64,000 bases of DNA from Vezdaea acicularis (Eukaryota). Location of the stretch: the NCBI GenBank assembly GCA_026025075.1, contig JAPEUI010000027.1, forward strand, positions 1-64,000. The letters are read 5' to 3'. The stretch's first letter is position 1; each line of letters opens with the position of its first letter. Under the pieces are notes generated by a model. The model was given only the letters and a program-made list of their open reading frames with translations. It did not search any database and was not told the DNA's origin. The position numbers were made by a program, and so were the translations under genes. Below are positions 25,682 through 39,481 of this stretch, one piece after another.

Positions 25682-26376
25682 CCTAGAGAGCGCGACCCCA
25701 AATAGTCGATACAGATGCCAATGCCGAACGACGGTATGACAGCCTTCGCTCAGGTCGACTTAGGTTATAGGTCTGTCAAGACAAGCAGCAGTCCAAGCTT
25801 ATGAAGTTCTGAAGTCCAGAGAGGACGAGGTGTGCGCGGATTCTAGGAGTCCGAGGTAGATCTTGAGATTATGAGAACGTAGCGGGACCCTAAGCAAGGC
25901 GAGGTAAGACTGATCGAGTAACGAAAGGTCTATAGCTACCTAGCATACATGGAAGTAGCATGGTGAATAGTATGTAATGTATTCTCTTGAAAGCTGCGAG
26001 TCGGCATGACGGTGCGCAACCGGGGATGGAACCGCCTCGGCACTTGCCGATGATGATCGCGGCGCGAGTTTTGTTTTAACGCGGCGAGAAAGCTCGAATC
26101 AACGAACATCATCCGCTGCTCTGCCTAACAAGAGCCCCTAAGAAGAGTACATGAAGCTAGGCGCACCTCGGCTCTTTCCTCACAGTCAAGGTTGAGGTCT
26201 CAGTATTCAGGAAATCAACGTCCAGATGCGCACGTTGGTCGCTTTCGTTATTGGGTTGATGACAGGCATTTGGATAAGCGAGGGTCCATTTCATCTAATA
26301 CCTCGAAGTAGTCGTTGCCGGATGAAGTCATTGATCTAGTGGGCGGCCCAGAGGGGCAAATGATCAGTTATATAGG

Positions 26377-29300
26377 ATGGACATCTACCCAGAAGACTAT
26401 ATCAATCATAATCTGCCACTAGTCATACTATCCGGACTAGGTTCTCAACAACCGTTCTCCATTGAAGAGTCTAGGTCTTCGTACCCTCTGCTAGAAGACG
26501 GATTTCAAATATCCTGTGGGCTTCCTCCGGTCTTGTCGCCTCTAGGCGATCTTCTGTTAGAGAATTTCCTTGAGCTTAGTACAGAAAGCGGTTCCTGGAT
26601 TGGCCGCAGAGATCAAAATGCGTTTCAGGTCAGAGCTGTGGGACGGGTATGTTCCTCCGTCCGTGCCAGGATACCTCTGCGATGCAATTGGGCTAAGAAC
26701 TTAGGAATATAAATTTCCTCCCAGAAAAGCCAGGCCGCCAACACCTAATTCTCCGACGCTTTCTCCAAGCATAAGCAGCCCAGATTCTGCTGGCGGAAAC
26801 CGGATGCTCACGCCCATTCTACATTCACCAATCTCTCCACTCTCACCAAGCTCCCCAATCTACCCTGACGGAGTTATGACCCCTTCTTGGGTATACAAGC
26901 ATCAAAGTCTTGTCCCCTGGGCCTTCGTCGCTTTCTTTTCCTTCTCCTCAGACCCCAATCTTGACTCACTTCAAGATAATCAGTTGAAAACAGAAATTGG
27001 TAGTTTGAAGAAGTCGATTGGAAGCGCCTCAAACGGAAGAACTCGACTTGTTGTTGTAATGATAAGCCAAAAATCTATAATGGAGGCTCCAGAGATCAGC
27101 GAGCGGCTTGCGACCATTCGCAGAACCACTGGGATCGATGCAAAAAGTCTCTTCTTCTTACCTCCAGATTCTTCTGCCATTGAGATAACCACTTTTATTA
27201 AGAGCATGTTAGTCACTCTTGAGCCATTCTGTATTGAGTATTATAGAGACCTATCAAAGCACGCCAGGCGAAAACGGAACAGGAGTAACGTCCCACCACC
27301 AACTGCACCCCCAGTTGCCGGAACTTCGCAAACCTTGCCCAGCCAAGGGTGGAATGTTCGTTACTCCTTCAAAATGGGCGTTTTTGCTGAGTTCAGGCAA
27401 GAGATTGATGTTGCTGGGAAGAACTACGAAGATGCCTACGACGCCCTTTTTAGACAGGATGTTTTTGGTTCAATAGCAAGTTGGAGCCCTAGATGGAACG
27501 AAGCCCGCCTCTTGGCAGATATTCTTGCAATACGTATAATCAGATGCCATCTGTGGGCCAATCAAACGACTTTGGCAGTCCAGAAGTGGGGTCGTCATCG
27601 GCGCCAGATGGAAGAGATCGTGGACCAGAAGGGCAAAGGCTCTAGAAATTATGGCTGGTTTGCCTGGGAAGCTAGGTGGGCGAAAATAATGGCTGAAATG
27701 ATCAAGAAGGTCGAAGTGCCTGCTCTTCTTACTTCCGAATCCAAGCATGTTGAGGGTGAGAATGTGCAAAATGTGATCTTTGCGGTTCCAGAGAAGCCTA
27801 TTGCCCTTATAGAACGGGCACGCCCACAGGATCTTTTGCACCATCCAGGATACTGGCTTCGGCGGTCCACAAGATATCTGCGTTCACGTCGCATGCATGC
27901 TGAAAGCATGCCTGATGAAGATCGAGCTTCGCCGGGGCAGTCACCAGCGTCTCGCGTTGCCAATAGATCTTACATTTACGACACCTATCTATGTCCAGAA
28001 CCCCATATAGAATCACCGCTTGCAGGACTGAAAGGTTTCGATCTCTCGGCACTCATCATCAAGACGATAAACGATGCCCAGTTCGAGTACAATATACGAG
28101 GACAAAGAAGGTTCACAGAGCGTTTAGAACTGGAGATTGGTCGCGAACAGATGAGGAAAGGGAACTGGGAAGAGGCATTGCAGACTCTAAGACCGCTTTG
28201 GCAAAATATGAGCTGGCGAGCGGAAAGCTGGTGGAGTGCCGTTGAGGAGGTTGGGTCCGCTCTCAAGGAATGCGCGACCCGGACAGGTGATGGAGTAAGT
28301 ATTATATCTGTCCAGTGGGAGCTCATGAGCAATGGTAAGTATATTTTTCTTCTTATTCCCGTTCAACACCATCGTTTAGGAGACTTAAGGCAAGACTTAT
28401 TAGAGGTGATATCTCCAGAAATGATCTAACGATTCTAATTTGGCTTATCACAGTTTTCAGTTTAAGAAAAAATCACTCAGAGAGCTTGAGCAATTGTTTG
28501 GACGGCATAGATAGTATAGAGTCCAAGCCGGCAGTTGTGCTTCGAGCGGAGAATGTGGTCTCCTTTGGTGAGTAATGATGACAGCTCTCGTGTTCTTCCT
28601 TAACTGGCTGATTTCTGGACATTCTGAATCTACCTGAAATTAAAAGCTGAATTAGCGGACATAAACTCACTAAACTATAGTCTCTACTACATTCGCCTTT
28701 AAAAGGGGTCAAGGGAATGTTGGCGACGTTCTCGAAGCCCAGTTCACTATATTCTCAAACGCGCGTGAAGGTTCGCGACCTGTCGCGTTCTCTGATATCA
28801 TCATAAAATTTGATGGCAGCATCAAAACAATCGTTATTCACCATAAAGCTGAGGAACAGAGGACGCTCTTTGGAGGTGGGATCACTCAGATCTCAAGCGT
28901 TTCTCTTCATGAGGTACATCCTAATCATGCAGCTTCTTCGCCTCCCACTTCTCCAACCATCGCGTCAAGTTGGACCCTCGCTGGCACTGCCGACTTAGAG
29001 CTGGCGCCCAACGAAGTCAAAGTCTTTAACATCAAAATTCCCCTCAGAGAAGCCGGGGATGGCAGAGCTTCGAGTGCTACGTTTCGCGTTGCTGAGGACT
29101 TGTTTGACGTTGACTACTTGGTTAATTTTGCTGAAATCCATCCTAAAGTAGGATGGTGGACCCAGGGCAAGAAAGGTTCGAAACAAACCAATCTCGGCAG
29201 AGAGAGACCAAGCACTGTCAACATACTACCCAAACCTCCAAAGGTCCTGTTAAATCTTCTCGATGAAGACAAAGTATTTTACACAAATGAACGGATCAAG

Positions 29301-30455
29301 CTTCCAGTTCAATTAGTCAACGAAGAAGATGAAGAAGCTGACATCTCGCTTGATATCCGAATCCTAGGGCATGCCGTCGAGAAGCCGATTGTGCAGTGGT
29401 CAGACGCAGATGACGATGCGCCAATCACAGCCACCTCAAAAGATAGTCTTGGGACGCTCTTGGCGCATCCCATTGGTCGCCTTCCAGTGGGCTCGACAAC
29501 CTCAGATTCTCTAATTATACTACCTATATCGGAGCCCGCGGAATATGTAATAGAAGTCAAGGCTACTTATCACTTGATTTCGGATCTTGAGACACAAATC
29601 ACGAAATCAATAAGCATTGTCTTGCAGATTGTGGGACCCTTTGAAGCGAATTACGACTTTTCGCCCCGAGTTCATCCTGACACTTGGCCGTCATACTTCC
29701 AAGTTGAGGAAGATTTACTGGCGGAAGATACCAAGACTACTGAGGCAGAAGCATCAGGAATTGCTCAGAAGTGGTGTTTGACCTCAAGGATCGTCTCGTT
29801 TGCCGACGAAAATCTCATCATTCAAGACCTAGAACTTTTTACGCTTGCCGTGAATGGAGGGAGTCAATGCACGATTAGGAAAAACGAATCATCATCCCAA
29901 GAGCTGGAAATCAAGCCGAAAGACGCAGAAGAAGCCAGTTTCGATGTGGACGTCCAGAAGGATAGCCTTGACGATCGCCGCTCGGTCACACTAGACCTTT
30001 CACTGAACGTCTCCTGGCGGCGTGATTCACCTACTGCTGCCGTCAATGTGACACCTTTGGCAGTACCACGCCTTCTGGTAGCTGGCGGCGAGCCTCGAGT
30101 CCTTGCTTCGACGACGTATTCAACGATTGTTCCTAATCTCATCCACCTCGACTACACCTTTGAGAACCCTACTATGCATCTGCTCACCTTCAACTTGTCC
30201 ATGGAGCCCAATGAAGACTTTGCGCTGAGTGGGTCTAAATTCAGGTCCCTTCAGCTAATTCCCTTGACTAGGGAGACAGTGAGATTTAATTTGTACCCAA
30301 CTGTAACAGGCGTTTGGATCCAGCCCAACTTGAAAGTTGTGGATCGCTACTTCAACAAGACGCTGAGAATTAGCGCGACCGAGGGCATGAGGGCAGACAA
30401 GAAAGGAATCTTGGTATGGGTGAATGCTGTAAGCGATGATATTTTGGAATCTTGA
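26377..30455 (+). CDS. TRAPP III subunit TRAPPC11 (foie gras/gryzun domains), 4 exons
   Basis: MDIYPEDYINHNLPLVILSGL, LHSPISPLSPSSPIYPDG, EYYRDLSKHARRK, RYSFKMGVFAEFRQE and C-terminal ENPTMHLLTF..VVDRYFNKTL. Confidence 0.88.
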
Positions 30456-30780
30456 GGCAGAACCCTGAAAGGTACGGTACTGCAGTTCAAAGATCAGGAT
30501 GTGTCTCTCGTCATCGGCTTGTTTGAATGGTTGCGTATTCCAGGCATAGCGATTGCGTATAGAAGGTTGTTATTAGCTGCTGCATGTTCAGGGCGCATGG
30601 CAGGGCGGAGCATGCAAATGGTACACAGCGAGGTCTAAAGTTGTTGCAGATTGACGGCCTGCTACGACCTTACCAGGACTAGAAGATGGTATATACCCGG
30701 GCCTAAAAGAAATGGATTTGATTCTATGTTTGTTACATATGGGCCCTCTCCCAACCTCAGAAAAGATAACGTAGAGGATA

Positions 30781-31082
30781 TCATTTATAGTCTACATGCG
30801 TTACGATGCCATTCTCTCCGACGTACACATTGAGCCGATCGGGGTTAAAGTCCTGTGTGACCATGGAACCCTGCTCAATGACACGATGCTTTGGAGGGAG
30901 ATCCTTCTTCGCGAATGACTGTAACAATCAGCGTGGGTAGCGCCAAGTACGCAGTGTTGGTATCTCACTATTTCATCGGTTTTTGATTCGCTGTCTTTTA
31001 AAGTCTTCCCTATTAACTTGTTCTGCCATTCGGTCTTCGGGTCTCCCGAGTTGGAAGTAATACCAGGCACGATGAGGGGCAT
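30781..31082 (-). CDS. Small peptidase-inhibitor I78-like protein, 2 exons
   Basis: MPLIVPGI..WQNKLIGK..|SFAKKDLPPKHRVIEQGSMVTQDFNPDRLNVYVGENGIVTHV matches the T-x-D-F-x-P-x-RLN motif. Confidence 0.8.
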
Positions 31083-32056
31083 GATTAATATCTTGAATGT
31101 GTGAATTTCAGATAGATGGCTTCTAAGATATAGGTTCAACAGTGAATGGTTGAAGAGGCTTATGAACAGTAGGGCTGGAACTAGTCTTCCAGCCTCGAAG
31201 TACTTAAGGGAAAGCTTTCCGCCACCAAGGCATGACGTAGACGTAGACGTAAACCTACTTACGCCAGGCACGCACGCTACCAAGGCCTTACCGTTGTAAG
31301 CTAATGCTTGAGTAGAAACAAAGCATTAGGATCAAGTGGACTCAAAGTTTATCCCGAGTATCCAACTATACTGATATCATCCCAAATGTTACAGCCGCGT
31401 TCCTGCTGTTGAATCCATCATCCTGTTGATAACATCGTCTAAATATATACATACAGGCGTTTCACCTGCCAGGGCTCTGGCATTTTCCGGTTGGCGCATC
31501 TCGCTTCCAGCTTGGCGCGTTCCGGGAAAACATGAAACCGGCGAGGGCGCTCCGGGCGGACGTTGGCTCGCGCATGCAGATGGATTGTCCGGTAAGAACA
31601 GGATGCAGCGCTTGCTGCTTCAAATGGGACGCAAAGAGCTTCACAGTGCTCTCCAGAGCCGTGAATGGCGTCCAATCCTCGGTGGCGAGGCCAAGCCGAA
31701 TCCTGTTGGTCGGCAGGGGAAAGCTGGCTTTGGATCCATGCCTGCTCCCGTCTTAGCCTGCTTTGACGCAATTTCGCCTGCGCGTCCTACAATTTCAGGA
31801 GAGCCTGTCACCGGTGTGGCTGTTCATGCGAGCCAAAGCATCCGCAACGCTCCTCTCCACTAGTACAATAAACTCTCCAACAGTCATTCATTTTGCTGCG
31901 ATCCCCACATTCGTTATGGCAGTCTTGCCCTCGATGCTTTGAGGTTCTCACCGGAGAGTAAGCTCTACTCTCCTCTTAAGGGATACTTCACGATTAATTC
32001 TTCGATTTCCTTGCTGTTAAGACCATTTGGTGCACAAGCAGGTCTTGTCGCCCACA

Positions 32057-33379
32057 ATGCGCCGATCCACGATCCTTACCCTGGTGGCCTGCCAACTTGC
32101 TGCTGTCACTGCCAACTTCGAATGTCACGGCGTCATTCTACCTGACTCTCTACGAGGTCTCTCTTGCTCTGATGGAGGGGAGCTGGGCCTCCTCGCTGAT
32201 GGACTGTCTTTAGGTAGTCTTGCAGATCTTCCCAGTTACTTGGAGACGCGTGGCTGCCGGCTGTACACTCCGTCGAATCCGGATTCTTTCTTTGATCAAT
32301 GTCGACAAGGCCAGGGGTCCTCTTTCGACGGCCAAGACAATGATTTAAGACGACGAGGCATCGTGCAGGACTTCACGAGCTGGGTGGGAGGAGGTGGTGG
32401 GGACTCGCCTTCGACGACTGCGAACAACAATAAACCCCAAAAAACATCATCGGCGAATTCAAAGTCCCAACCCACGACCAACCAGCCGAGCATGCAATCC
32501 TCTAATACTCCAACCTCGCAGTCCTCTGCTCCGACAACAATGACTTCTGCCAAATCATCATCAAGTCCTAGCACCACTTCCCAGACCTCGACGTCCACCT
32601 CGAAGTCCACCTCGACATCAAGCTCGACAACTTCATCTACCAGCTCTGAATCTACAAGTACAACCTCCTCCTCCTCTTCTTCCTCTTCAAGCTCATCGAC
32701 TACCTCAACGACAAGTACGAGCTCCAGTTCATCCAGCACTCAAACGCCGTCTCCGACGAGCACTTCAGCATTACCTACGGCCACGGTTCTTCCAGTTCAA
32801 AAGCCAAGTGGCGCATCGAATGGAACAAAAGTAGCGTTAGGTGTCGTTGGTGCGCTAGCGGGCTTGACCATAATTCTCCTTGCCTTGTTCTGGATCAGAA
32901 GAAGGAAACGTAATATAGAAAAGGCTCGGATGGCAAGATTACGTAGTGAACATCTCACAGGCAAGGACGATGATAACTGGAGGTCGTCAGACAACAGTCT
33001 TGAGGGAGGTTCTATGTTCGCCGATAAGCAGAGTAGCAGCATGCAGCACGACCGTCGATACCCCCAGAACGATACCATTCCAATGACAAGGGCGAATACG
33101 TGGAACACTGAACAGAGCGGACAGTTACCTCGGGCAAACCTTCAAAGAGAACTCTCATTCAATTCTCAGCCTGGCTCTGAAACTCTGAACCGACCTGACC
33201 CAACTTTCAATCCACCTGCACCCAAACAGGAATATGTGGCCTACAAGCCTTTCGCAAGCTCATACAAGGAGCCGGAGCCTGGCAGTACCTCACCAATATC
33301 GAGATTTGGCACACCACCTGTCCCACCACCTAACCTAGCTGTACCGCGAAAACCAGTGAGGGCAAGGACATCGGAGTAA
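32057..33379 (+). CDS. Ser/Thr-rich type I membrane protein (Mid2/Wsc-like cell-wall sensor architecture)
   Basis: Signal peptide MRRSTILTLVACQLAAVTA, 4-Cys N-domain, LRRR, about 120-aa S/T tract, TM VALGVVGALAGLTIILLALFWI followed by RRRKR, cytoplasmic tail. Confidence 0.75.
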   Translation: MRRSTILTLVACQLAAVTANFECHGVILPDSLRGLSCSDGGELGLLADGLSLGSLADLPSYLETRGCRLYTPSNPDSFFDQCRQGQGSSFDGQDNDLRRRGIVQDFTSWVGGGGGDSPSTTANNNKPQKTSSANSKSQPTTNQPSMQSSNTPTSQSSAPTTMTSAKSSSSPSTTSQTSTSTSKSTSTSSSTTSSTSSESTSTTSSSSSSSSSSSTTSTTSTSSSSSSTQTPSPTSTSALPTATVLPVQKPSGASNGTKVALGVVGALAGLTIILLALFWIRRRKRNIEKARMARLRSEHLTGKDDDNWRSSDNSLEGGSMFADKQSSSMQHDRRYPQNDTIPMTRANTWNTEQSGQLPRANLQRELSFNSQPGSETLNRPDPTFNPPAPKQEYVAYKPFASSYKEPEPGSTSPISRFGTPPVPPPNLAVPRKPVRARTSE

Positions 33380-33944
33380 ATATACGCATTCGGTTTTTCG
33401 ATAGAACTTTCTACAAATTCAATTTTATGAAGTGGAACTTGCAATATGCTTCGACAAGTGACTTGCTGAAGAGTGATATGTATCGTCGAAGCTCAATATG
33501 AGTGGTGCACTAGGTATCGTCCCGCATAGCGCAAAGGAAAGTGATGTAGACGCTACAGACTTTACATGCTTTCCTGAAAGGGGGGACAGACAGGCTCCAT
33601 ATACGTGCAGAATTTGTTGGTCTCACATGAGTGTCAGAAGTCCTGTAAGTCTGACAACGGATGAGCATCTACACGCCCTTCCCAAAGCAGGCAGAAGAGG
33701 GGTAAGAGCCAAGGTAGATCGTTCTCGAGCCATTCATAATTCTCAAATGACAGTGTTCCATAGCAGCTCTTTGCACCCTTGTAGTCTTTGCCTTAGGCGA
33801 GCTCCCCACAATTTTGTATGGTCGTGTGGGGTCTGTTTCGTCCCAGCTCACCATATAAGTTTTGGGCGTGGTCATTTCTAGAAATCGGCAGTGATCTGTC
33901 CCCCACCAGTATCAATTCAATTCCCTATAGCGCAGTCGTTCAGT

Positions 33945-35169
33945 ATGGTAAGTGCCGCAAATCTGTCATTTGCGTCAAGACTTCTAACACGATCATAGGC
34001 TTCGGCGTCTAAGAAACGCTTAGCTCTTGCCATAATTGATTTCCTATCCACTTCGCTCAAAGATGGCACTGTGTCGATCGACGATAAAGACTCTATTGAA
34101 GTCGCGCAACAATGTATCGCCGAGTCATTCGACGTTGACTTGACCGACAAGGCTGCCATGTCGGACGCACTTGGTGGGCAGAATCTACTTAGCATATATG
34201 GGGTCTATGAGAAGCTTCGAGGCAAAGGTACGGCCAGCACGGCTGGAAGCAGCAGTGCGAAGGAAGCCCGTTCATCAACTCCAGCCGCACCCGCCGCTGG
34301 TCCAACCTTAACAGCCGAGCAGAAGCAAGAAGCGGAGAACCTCAAAGGTCAGGGCAACTCAGCGATGGCGAAGAAAGACTACAAGAATGCAATCGATCTC
34401 TACAGCAAAGCCGTCAATATCATGCCTACGAACCCTGTATACCTATCTAACCGAGCCGCTGCTTATTCTGCATCCAGCAAGCATGAACAAGCTGTCATAG
34501 ATGCCGAGGCTGCTGTAGCAGCCGATCCGAAATATACGAAGGCATGGAGCAGACTCGGCCTAGCCCGATATGCGCTTGGGGACGCAAAGGGCAGCATGGA
34601 AGCATACCAGAAGGGAATCGACGCTGAGGGCAACGGCGGCAGTCCAGCAATGAAGAAAGGGTTTGAGACAGCGAAGAAGAAGATCGAGGAGGAGGAAGCT
34701 CTCGGAGGCATTGACGATGTTGGGAGCACACCGCGCGGGCCAGGCGCTGGAGGCATGCCTGATCTATCAGGCTTGGCTAGCATGTTGGGCGGAGGCGGCG
34801 CCGGTGGTGCTGGAAGCCCCGACCTCGGTTCCCTTCTCAATAACCCTATGTTTGCCAACATGGCGCAGAACCTGATGAGCAATCCGGATATGATGAACAA
34901 CATCATGAGCAATCCGCAACTCAGGCAGATGGCAGAATCCTTTGGCGGCAGCGGAGCAGCAGGCGGTGGAAGGGGGAGCGGAGGGGGTGGCCAACCCGAC
35001 CTATCTTCTCTGTTACAAGACCCAAGTATAGCAGAAATGTAGGTGACATTCACTCATAGGTTTGTATCCACATCGTTGCTGACAACTGATTAGGGCGCGA
35101 AACATGATGGGAGGAGCAGGGGGTCGGGGTCGTGGTACAGGTGGAGGACCAGGCGCCGCCTCACCATAG
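33945..35169 (+). CDS. SGT2: TPR co-chaperone Sgt2/SGTA, 3 exons
   Basis: ATG-only first exon, KKRLALAIIDFL dimerisation domain, TPR AENLKGQGN..YLSNRAAAY..KAWSRLG and Met/Asn-rich STI1 C-terminus. Confidence 0.93.
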
Positions 35170-35412
35170 CACTGATTGCGTCCTCTGATTTTGCCTAGAA
35201 TAGATATTGCCTAAGGCTTTTTCATTTCGGTGTTCAAGCATCTGGACAAGAGTGTATGTAGAGAGAATAACTCCGTCAAACCTGCATCTTCTGGCGCCCG
35301 TACTTGACCCCTCGGTTTCCCGTTCACGCCCAAACCGCATTTCATGAGGCAACCACAATTCTCCAAGCTCTCCCAACTGTAAATTTCGACATTTCCCATT
35401 AAACTTCTCGAA

Positions 35413-36081
35413 ATGTTCAAGAAAGAGTCTGCGCCTCACCTCTCCGAGACCCATTACGTACGCGATGCTGACTTCTCCACTACCAGAATAAACCCCGGCG
35501 CGAAGTCGAAGCTCAAATCCTCCGCACAGCGGGGTCTCCGCGCCAAGATTGTGGAGCAATATCCCCTCCTAGCCCCTCACATCGAAGAGATCATCCCCAA
35601 GAAATCTCAACTCGATTCCCTGAAATTGTATTGCCTCCCACCAAAAATGCAGCCCCAAATGTCTTTCTGAACCTGACAGACATCCCATAGACCCGATCGA
35701 GTGACCCTCTACGTCCTGGACAACGAACCGCTGATCTACCAACACATGGACGACGCCATACTGCCGCATCTGAAGCTAGTGCACCAGTTCCCAGAGTGCT
35801 TCCGTACGCTACGGATTGATCGAGGCGCGATTCGCTTTGTGCTGTCCGGCGCGACGCTCATGGTGCCGGGTCTCACGTCCGCGGGGGGAAGGCTGCCGCC
35901 GGCGGAAGAGGCGCTGAGGGAAGGGGATGTGGCGGTGATTATGGCGGAGGGAAAGGAGGAGGCATGTATGGTGGGAGTTTTGAAGATGGGGACGGAGGAG
36001 ATGAAGAAGAAGGGGAAAGGGGTGGCGATTGAGGCGGGGCATTATTTGGGGGATGGGCTGTGGAAGTTGCAGTTGACTTAG
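35413..36081 (+). CDS. TMA20: Translation machinery-associated PUA protein Tma20/MCT-1, 3 exons
   Basis: MFKK|..KLKSSAQRGLR, PHLKLVHQFP, IDRGAIRFVLSGATLMVPGLTS and HYLGDGLW. Confidence 0.93.
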
Positions 36082-36266
36082 TGCAAAAATGTTAATGTCA
36101 GGTTCAAGGGCCCATCCGCACTTGATGGTCATTTCGAAGTAGAGCAGATGTTATGAGCGTGATTAGATCGAGTTTCTGGGACTCGTCAATATGGTGAGGT
36201 ATTCCTAAACGCCATTGAGGCCCGTCTGTCTCCGATGCACCGACGCCTGAAAAATTGAACCTTAGC

Positions 36267-37404
36267 CTAACGTATTGGTGGCATTCCTCCCGTTTCCATG
36301 TCCACTCCATCTTCCTCTTCCTCTTCCTCCTCTAGGTCTTCAGCTTCATCTTCATCCTCAAAGCCGGTCTCTAATTTCTGCCTGATCAGGCGGTCCTTCA
36401 TATCCTCCCTCTGTTGATCTTGCCACCTGCTCAACGCCGCTGATGCGTGCACTTTGAAACCATATATCTTGGGCTCGTATCTTTCCTTGCTCTTTTCAGG
36501 GATCAGGGCAGGGTAGACTTGGAATAAGATGTTGTGGAATGAGGTGCCAAAGTAAGCTCCGTCGATCGCAGCATGTCTAGAAGATTTAGGGTTGTAGATG
36601 TCTTCGCACTTTGAGCAGTAGAGCTTTACGGGCTTTTGGTTCGGGATATCGAAGAGACCGGTAGGGAGGAGAGGATGGAGAGCGCAATGTACCCTAGGAC
36701 ACTTGCCGAAATCTCCCTTCTTATATTTCTCAAGCTGGTGGGACGATGTCAATTAAACCTCCACACTTAACGCCATAGAAGATGACGAACCATTTTTGCC
36801 AATCCCCTTGTTGTCGTTATGTACCTTGCATGTACGAGACCGTAGAGATGTCTTGCTGACTTCTCAATCTGCTCCCTCATATCATCATCGCAGTCCAAAT
36901 CGAAAACGTCCGTGACCAAATCCAGTGCATATTGGTAATACTGCACTTCCGTGTTTAGGCCAGTGAGGTTGAAGCGGTCCGTGAGATATTCCTCGTCGAT
37001 CTCGCAGAAGTACTCGTTCCCACGGGATGATATGAACTATGGAGGCGGGACATGTCAGCATGACTTCACCGTGCAGTTGTATAGCGAACTATTCAGAGGG
37101 ATATAGAAAATACCGCCGATTCGAATGACTGAGTTGAAGGATCCATGAGGAATATCTAACCAAGACTAAGGTGTAGGAGACTGTATTGCAAGGTAATCGC
37201 GGGGGAAATGGCTTCAAATCTGAACAAATTACGCAAAGAATTGCGACAGGACGGTATTACGAAAGCCTCCAAGCAAAGTTTCAGCAGAGAAGATGCACAT
37301 AATTATTTATGCACAACACATCTAAAAAGTAGAGCACAGCCACTGACCCAATCTCTCCAGTAACTTTGGTAATCACTATCTGTCTCGCTGTTGAACTCGT
37401 CCAT
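36267..37404 (-). CDS. CKB2: Casein kinase II regulatory beta subunit, 3 exons
   Basis: MDEFNSETDSDYQSYWRDW|FISSRGNEYFCEIDEEY..ARHLYGLVHARY; zinc motif CPRVHC..LYCSKC; IDGAYFGTSF. Confidence 0.93.
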
Positions 37405-39481
37405 CCCGCTGTGCGGCGACGTGCGCCTAGGTTGCACAAAAAACCGGAGCACTGTGGTTTATTATGCATTGGCCCAAGACACGCTACACGCAACATGCAT
37501 TTTGACTGTGGGTGATTGTTATTTGATACTGCATGTGAGTTGAAAATGCTCAGCGCTTTGAACGATCGCTTGTGGGTTGTTGGGTGCACGATAAGTAGTT
37601 AAACGGATACAATGGGGGGAGGCAACCGTTTTGGAGCTTCGCTACTAAAATCTGAAATTAATCCTAAGTATAACATCATCCCACATGAATTATTGCAACA
37701 ACACATTGAGGCATCATCTCGTTGACTTTGTGGGAGCAGTCTGTTGGCCAATCACTCCCGTAATTTATTTAGTGGCATGGATCAATGTGCCCTTTGTCAC
37801 GATTAAATCTGAAGCTTTTGGAAGCTCTGGGTGTAAATTATAGATCTTGCCATCTAAATTAAGGTCCACAACTAGATGTTTGTGGCAGCACCTAACCTAG
37901 AGCCAAGTGACTTGGCAAGCGGTCTTGTTGAACTTCTTAGTAATTGTTTCATCTTAATATTTACATATTTGCTCTGCTTTTATGAACTTGTCTTGCCTCG
38001 CCCCAGCTGCTTCCTCTGCGTCTAGATTTTAATAACAAGTCCTCGAGTTCTTGGGAGTGAGTTGACACATCCACAGGTTTTGTTTCAGCAACAAAGCACC
38101 TGCCTACTCTTACCCGCGGGTGAAAGCTGAATTTTGACGTCCTACTGAGTTACCACAGTCAAAAGATACACCTTTATGGTTAACTGTAACAATTGTAAAA
38201 TCAGTAGGCTCTGACGACTTTTCACGTCCTTATTCACAGTAGATCATCTGGGAAGTTCAATTTCGTTCCCATCACTTTTGCAGGGCTCTGAGTTCGTCAA
38301 ATCGCTTTGGAATTGCCATTAGCCCCTAAGTGCGTTAGACTATCAGAGGCTCTACTTGTTTTAGTGTACTCTCCTTCCTACTGGAAAACTGGCCATCTAC
38401 TACTGCCTCTCAAGATTAGGAATAGTCCATAGCTTAGTTGTCGCGAATCGCGAGTCTTTACAGTTAGCGACCTCCAGTGCGAGAGGAGCTCTATTGTCCG
38501 CAAGTGCCCTGTGAGAATTTGTTCGCTGGAATGTGACGTATGTTCTACTACAGAGGACCACAAGCCGTAGCCTAGTTGTTTTGGATTGAGTTGAGAACAA
38601 ACGGTGGTGAGAAGCATACGTGAAACGATATCGTCACCAGTGGCTTGTCATCCTCCGCATTCGGCATGCCGCGCGCTTTACTGTTGAGCGGCAACCGTTT
38701 CCGTCTGGCGCCTTCGTTGACCGTCAACACCAGCGCAAATTCCTTGCCTGCACCGAGCTGCTTGCAAGCTTCCGGAAACATTGCCTGATCACCAATAATT
38801 TTGGGGGCAACAGCAGTAATTGAGGAAAATATAGAATCATCATAGCCTTTTCATCGGGCGTCAAGGGGAGCGTATATCGTTTCACGCGCCGCCCGTTACC
38901 CCGCTACTCTACCCCCCGCGATCCTGAAAAACTTTCTAAATTGGAGGAGGTTTCGATAACCCTAGTTAAGGGGAGGCAGCTTGTGGTGACGGGGCACTGC
39001 TTCGAACGTTTGCTTAGATGATTTCCATGATCATGGAAGTCCCGTTTTAATATCCGTTGTCAAGGACGCCAGCAAGAGCGAAGCTATTTTGCCTACCCAG
39101 CCACTTTAAAATAGGTTGCAGGCTTCTGTTCATCTTTAAGTCAAATTGCTTCTTTGTTTCCAGGCTCTGCTGCGAATCATTTTCAACATTCATCCGTAGT
39201 CTGCCGCCACTAGCTAGTCTGGGCCCAATGGGGGTTTGCGATGCCGTCCTAGGCCCCTGGATTGCAGGTAGTTCGCGTTGGCGATAAGGGTAAGGGCACG
39301 AAACCGCTCACTCCCGCATTTTCTCACACTGTCGTTCGGAAAAGCGAAATTAAAGGTCATGTTGCGCTCCGCTATATATTACAGCAGGGTCGCTGAAAGA
39401 TGGTGGATGTGTCGTTAACGTCCATCTTTTGTACATTTTCGCTTTTCCTTTCAGCTGTGCTCATGTCGAATTGACTTCGAC

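Noticed and set aside
28577..28630. Box C (ATGATGA) and CTGA motifs in a TRAPPC11 intron
   Set aside because: Box C abuts the donor, there is no terminal stem, and no rRNA-complementary guide was recognised.
37620..38100. AT-richer stretch that might be a RIP-degraded gene or transposon
   Set aside because: The best frame has about 5 stops in about 120 codons, near random. No transposase/RT motif or terminal repeats.
38955..38966. TAACCCTA (also near 61734) as a telomerase template
   Set aside because: Only 8 nt, expected by chance, with no adjacent pseudoknot recognised.
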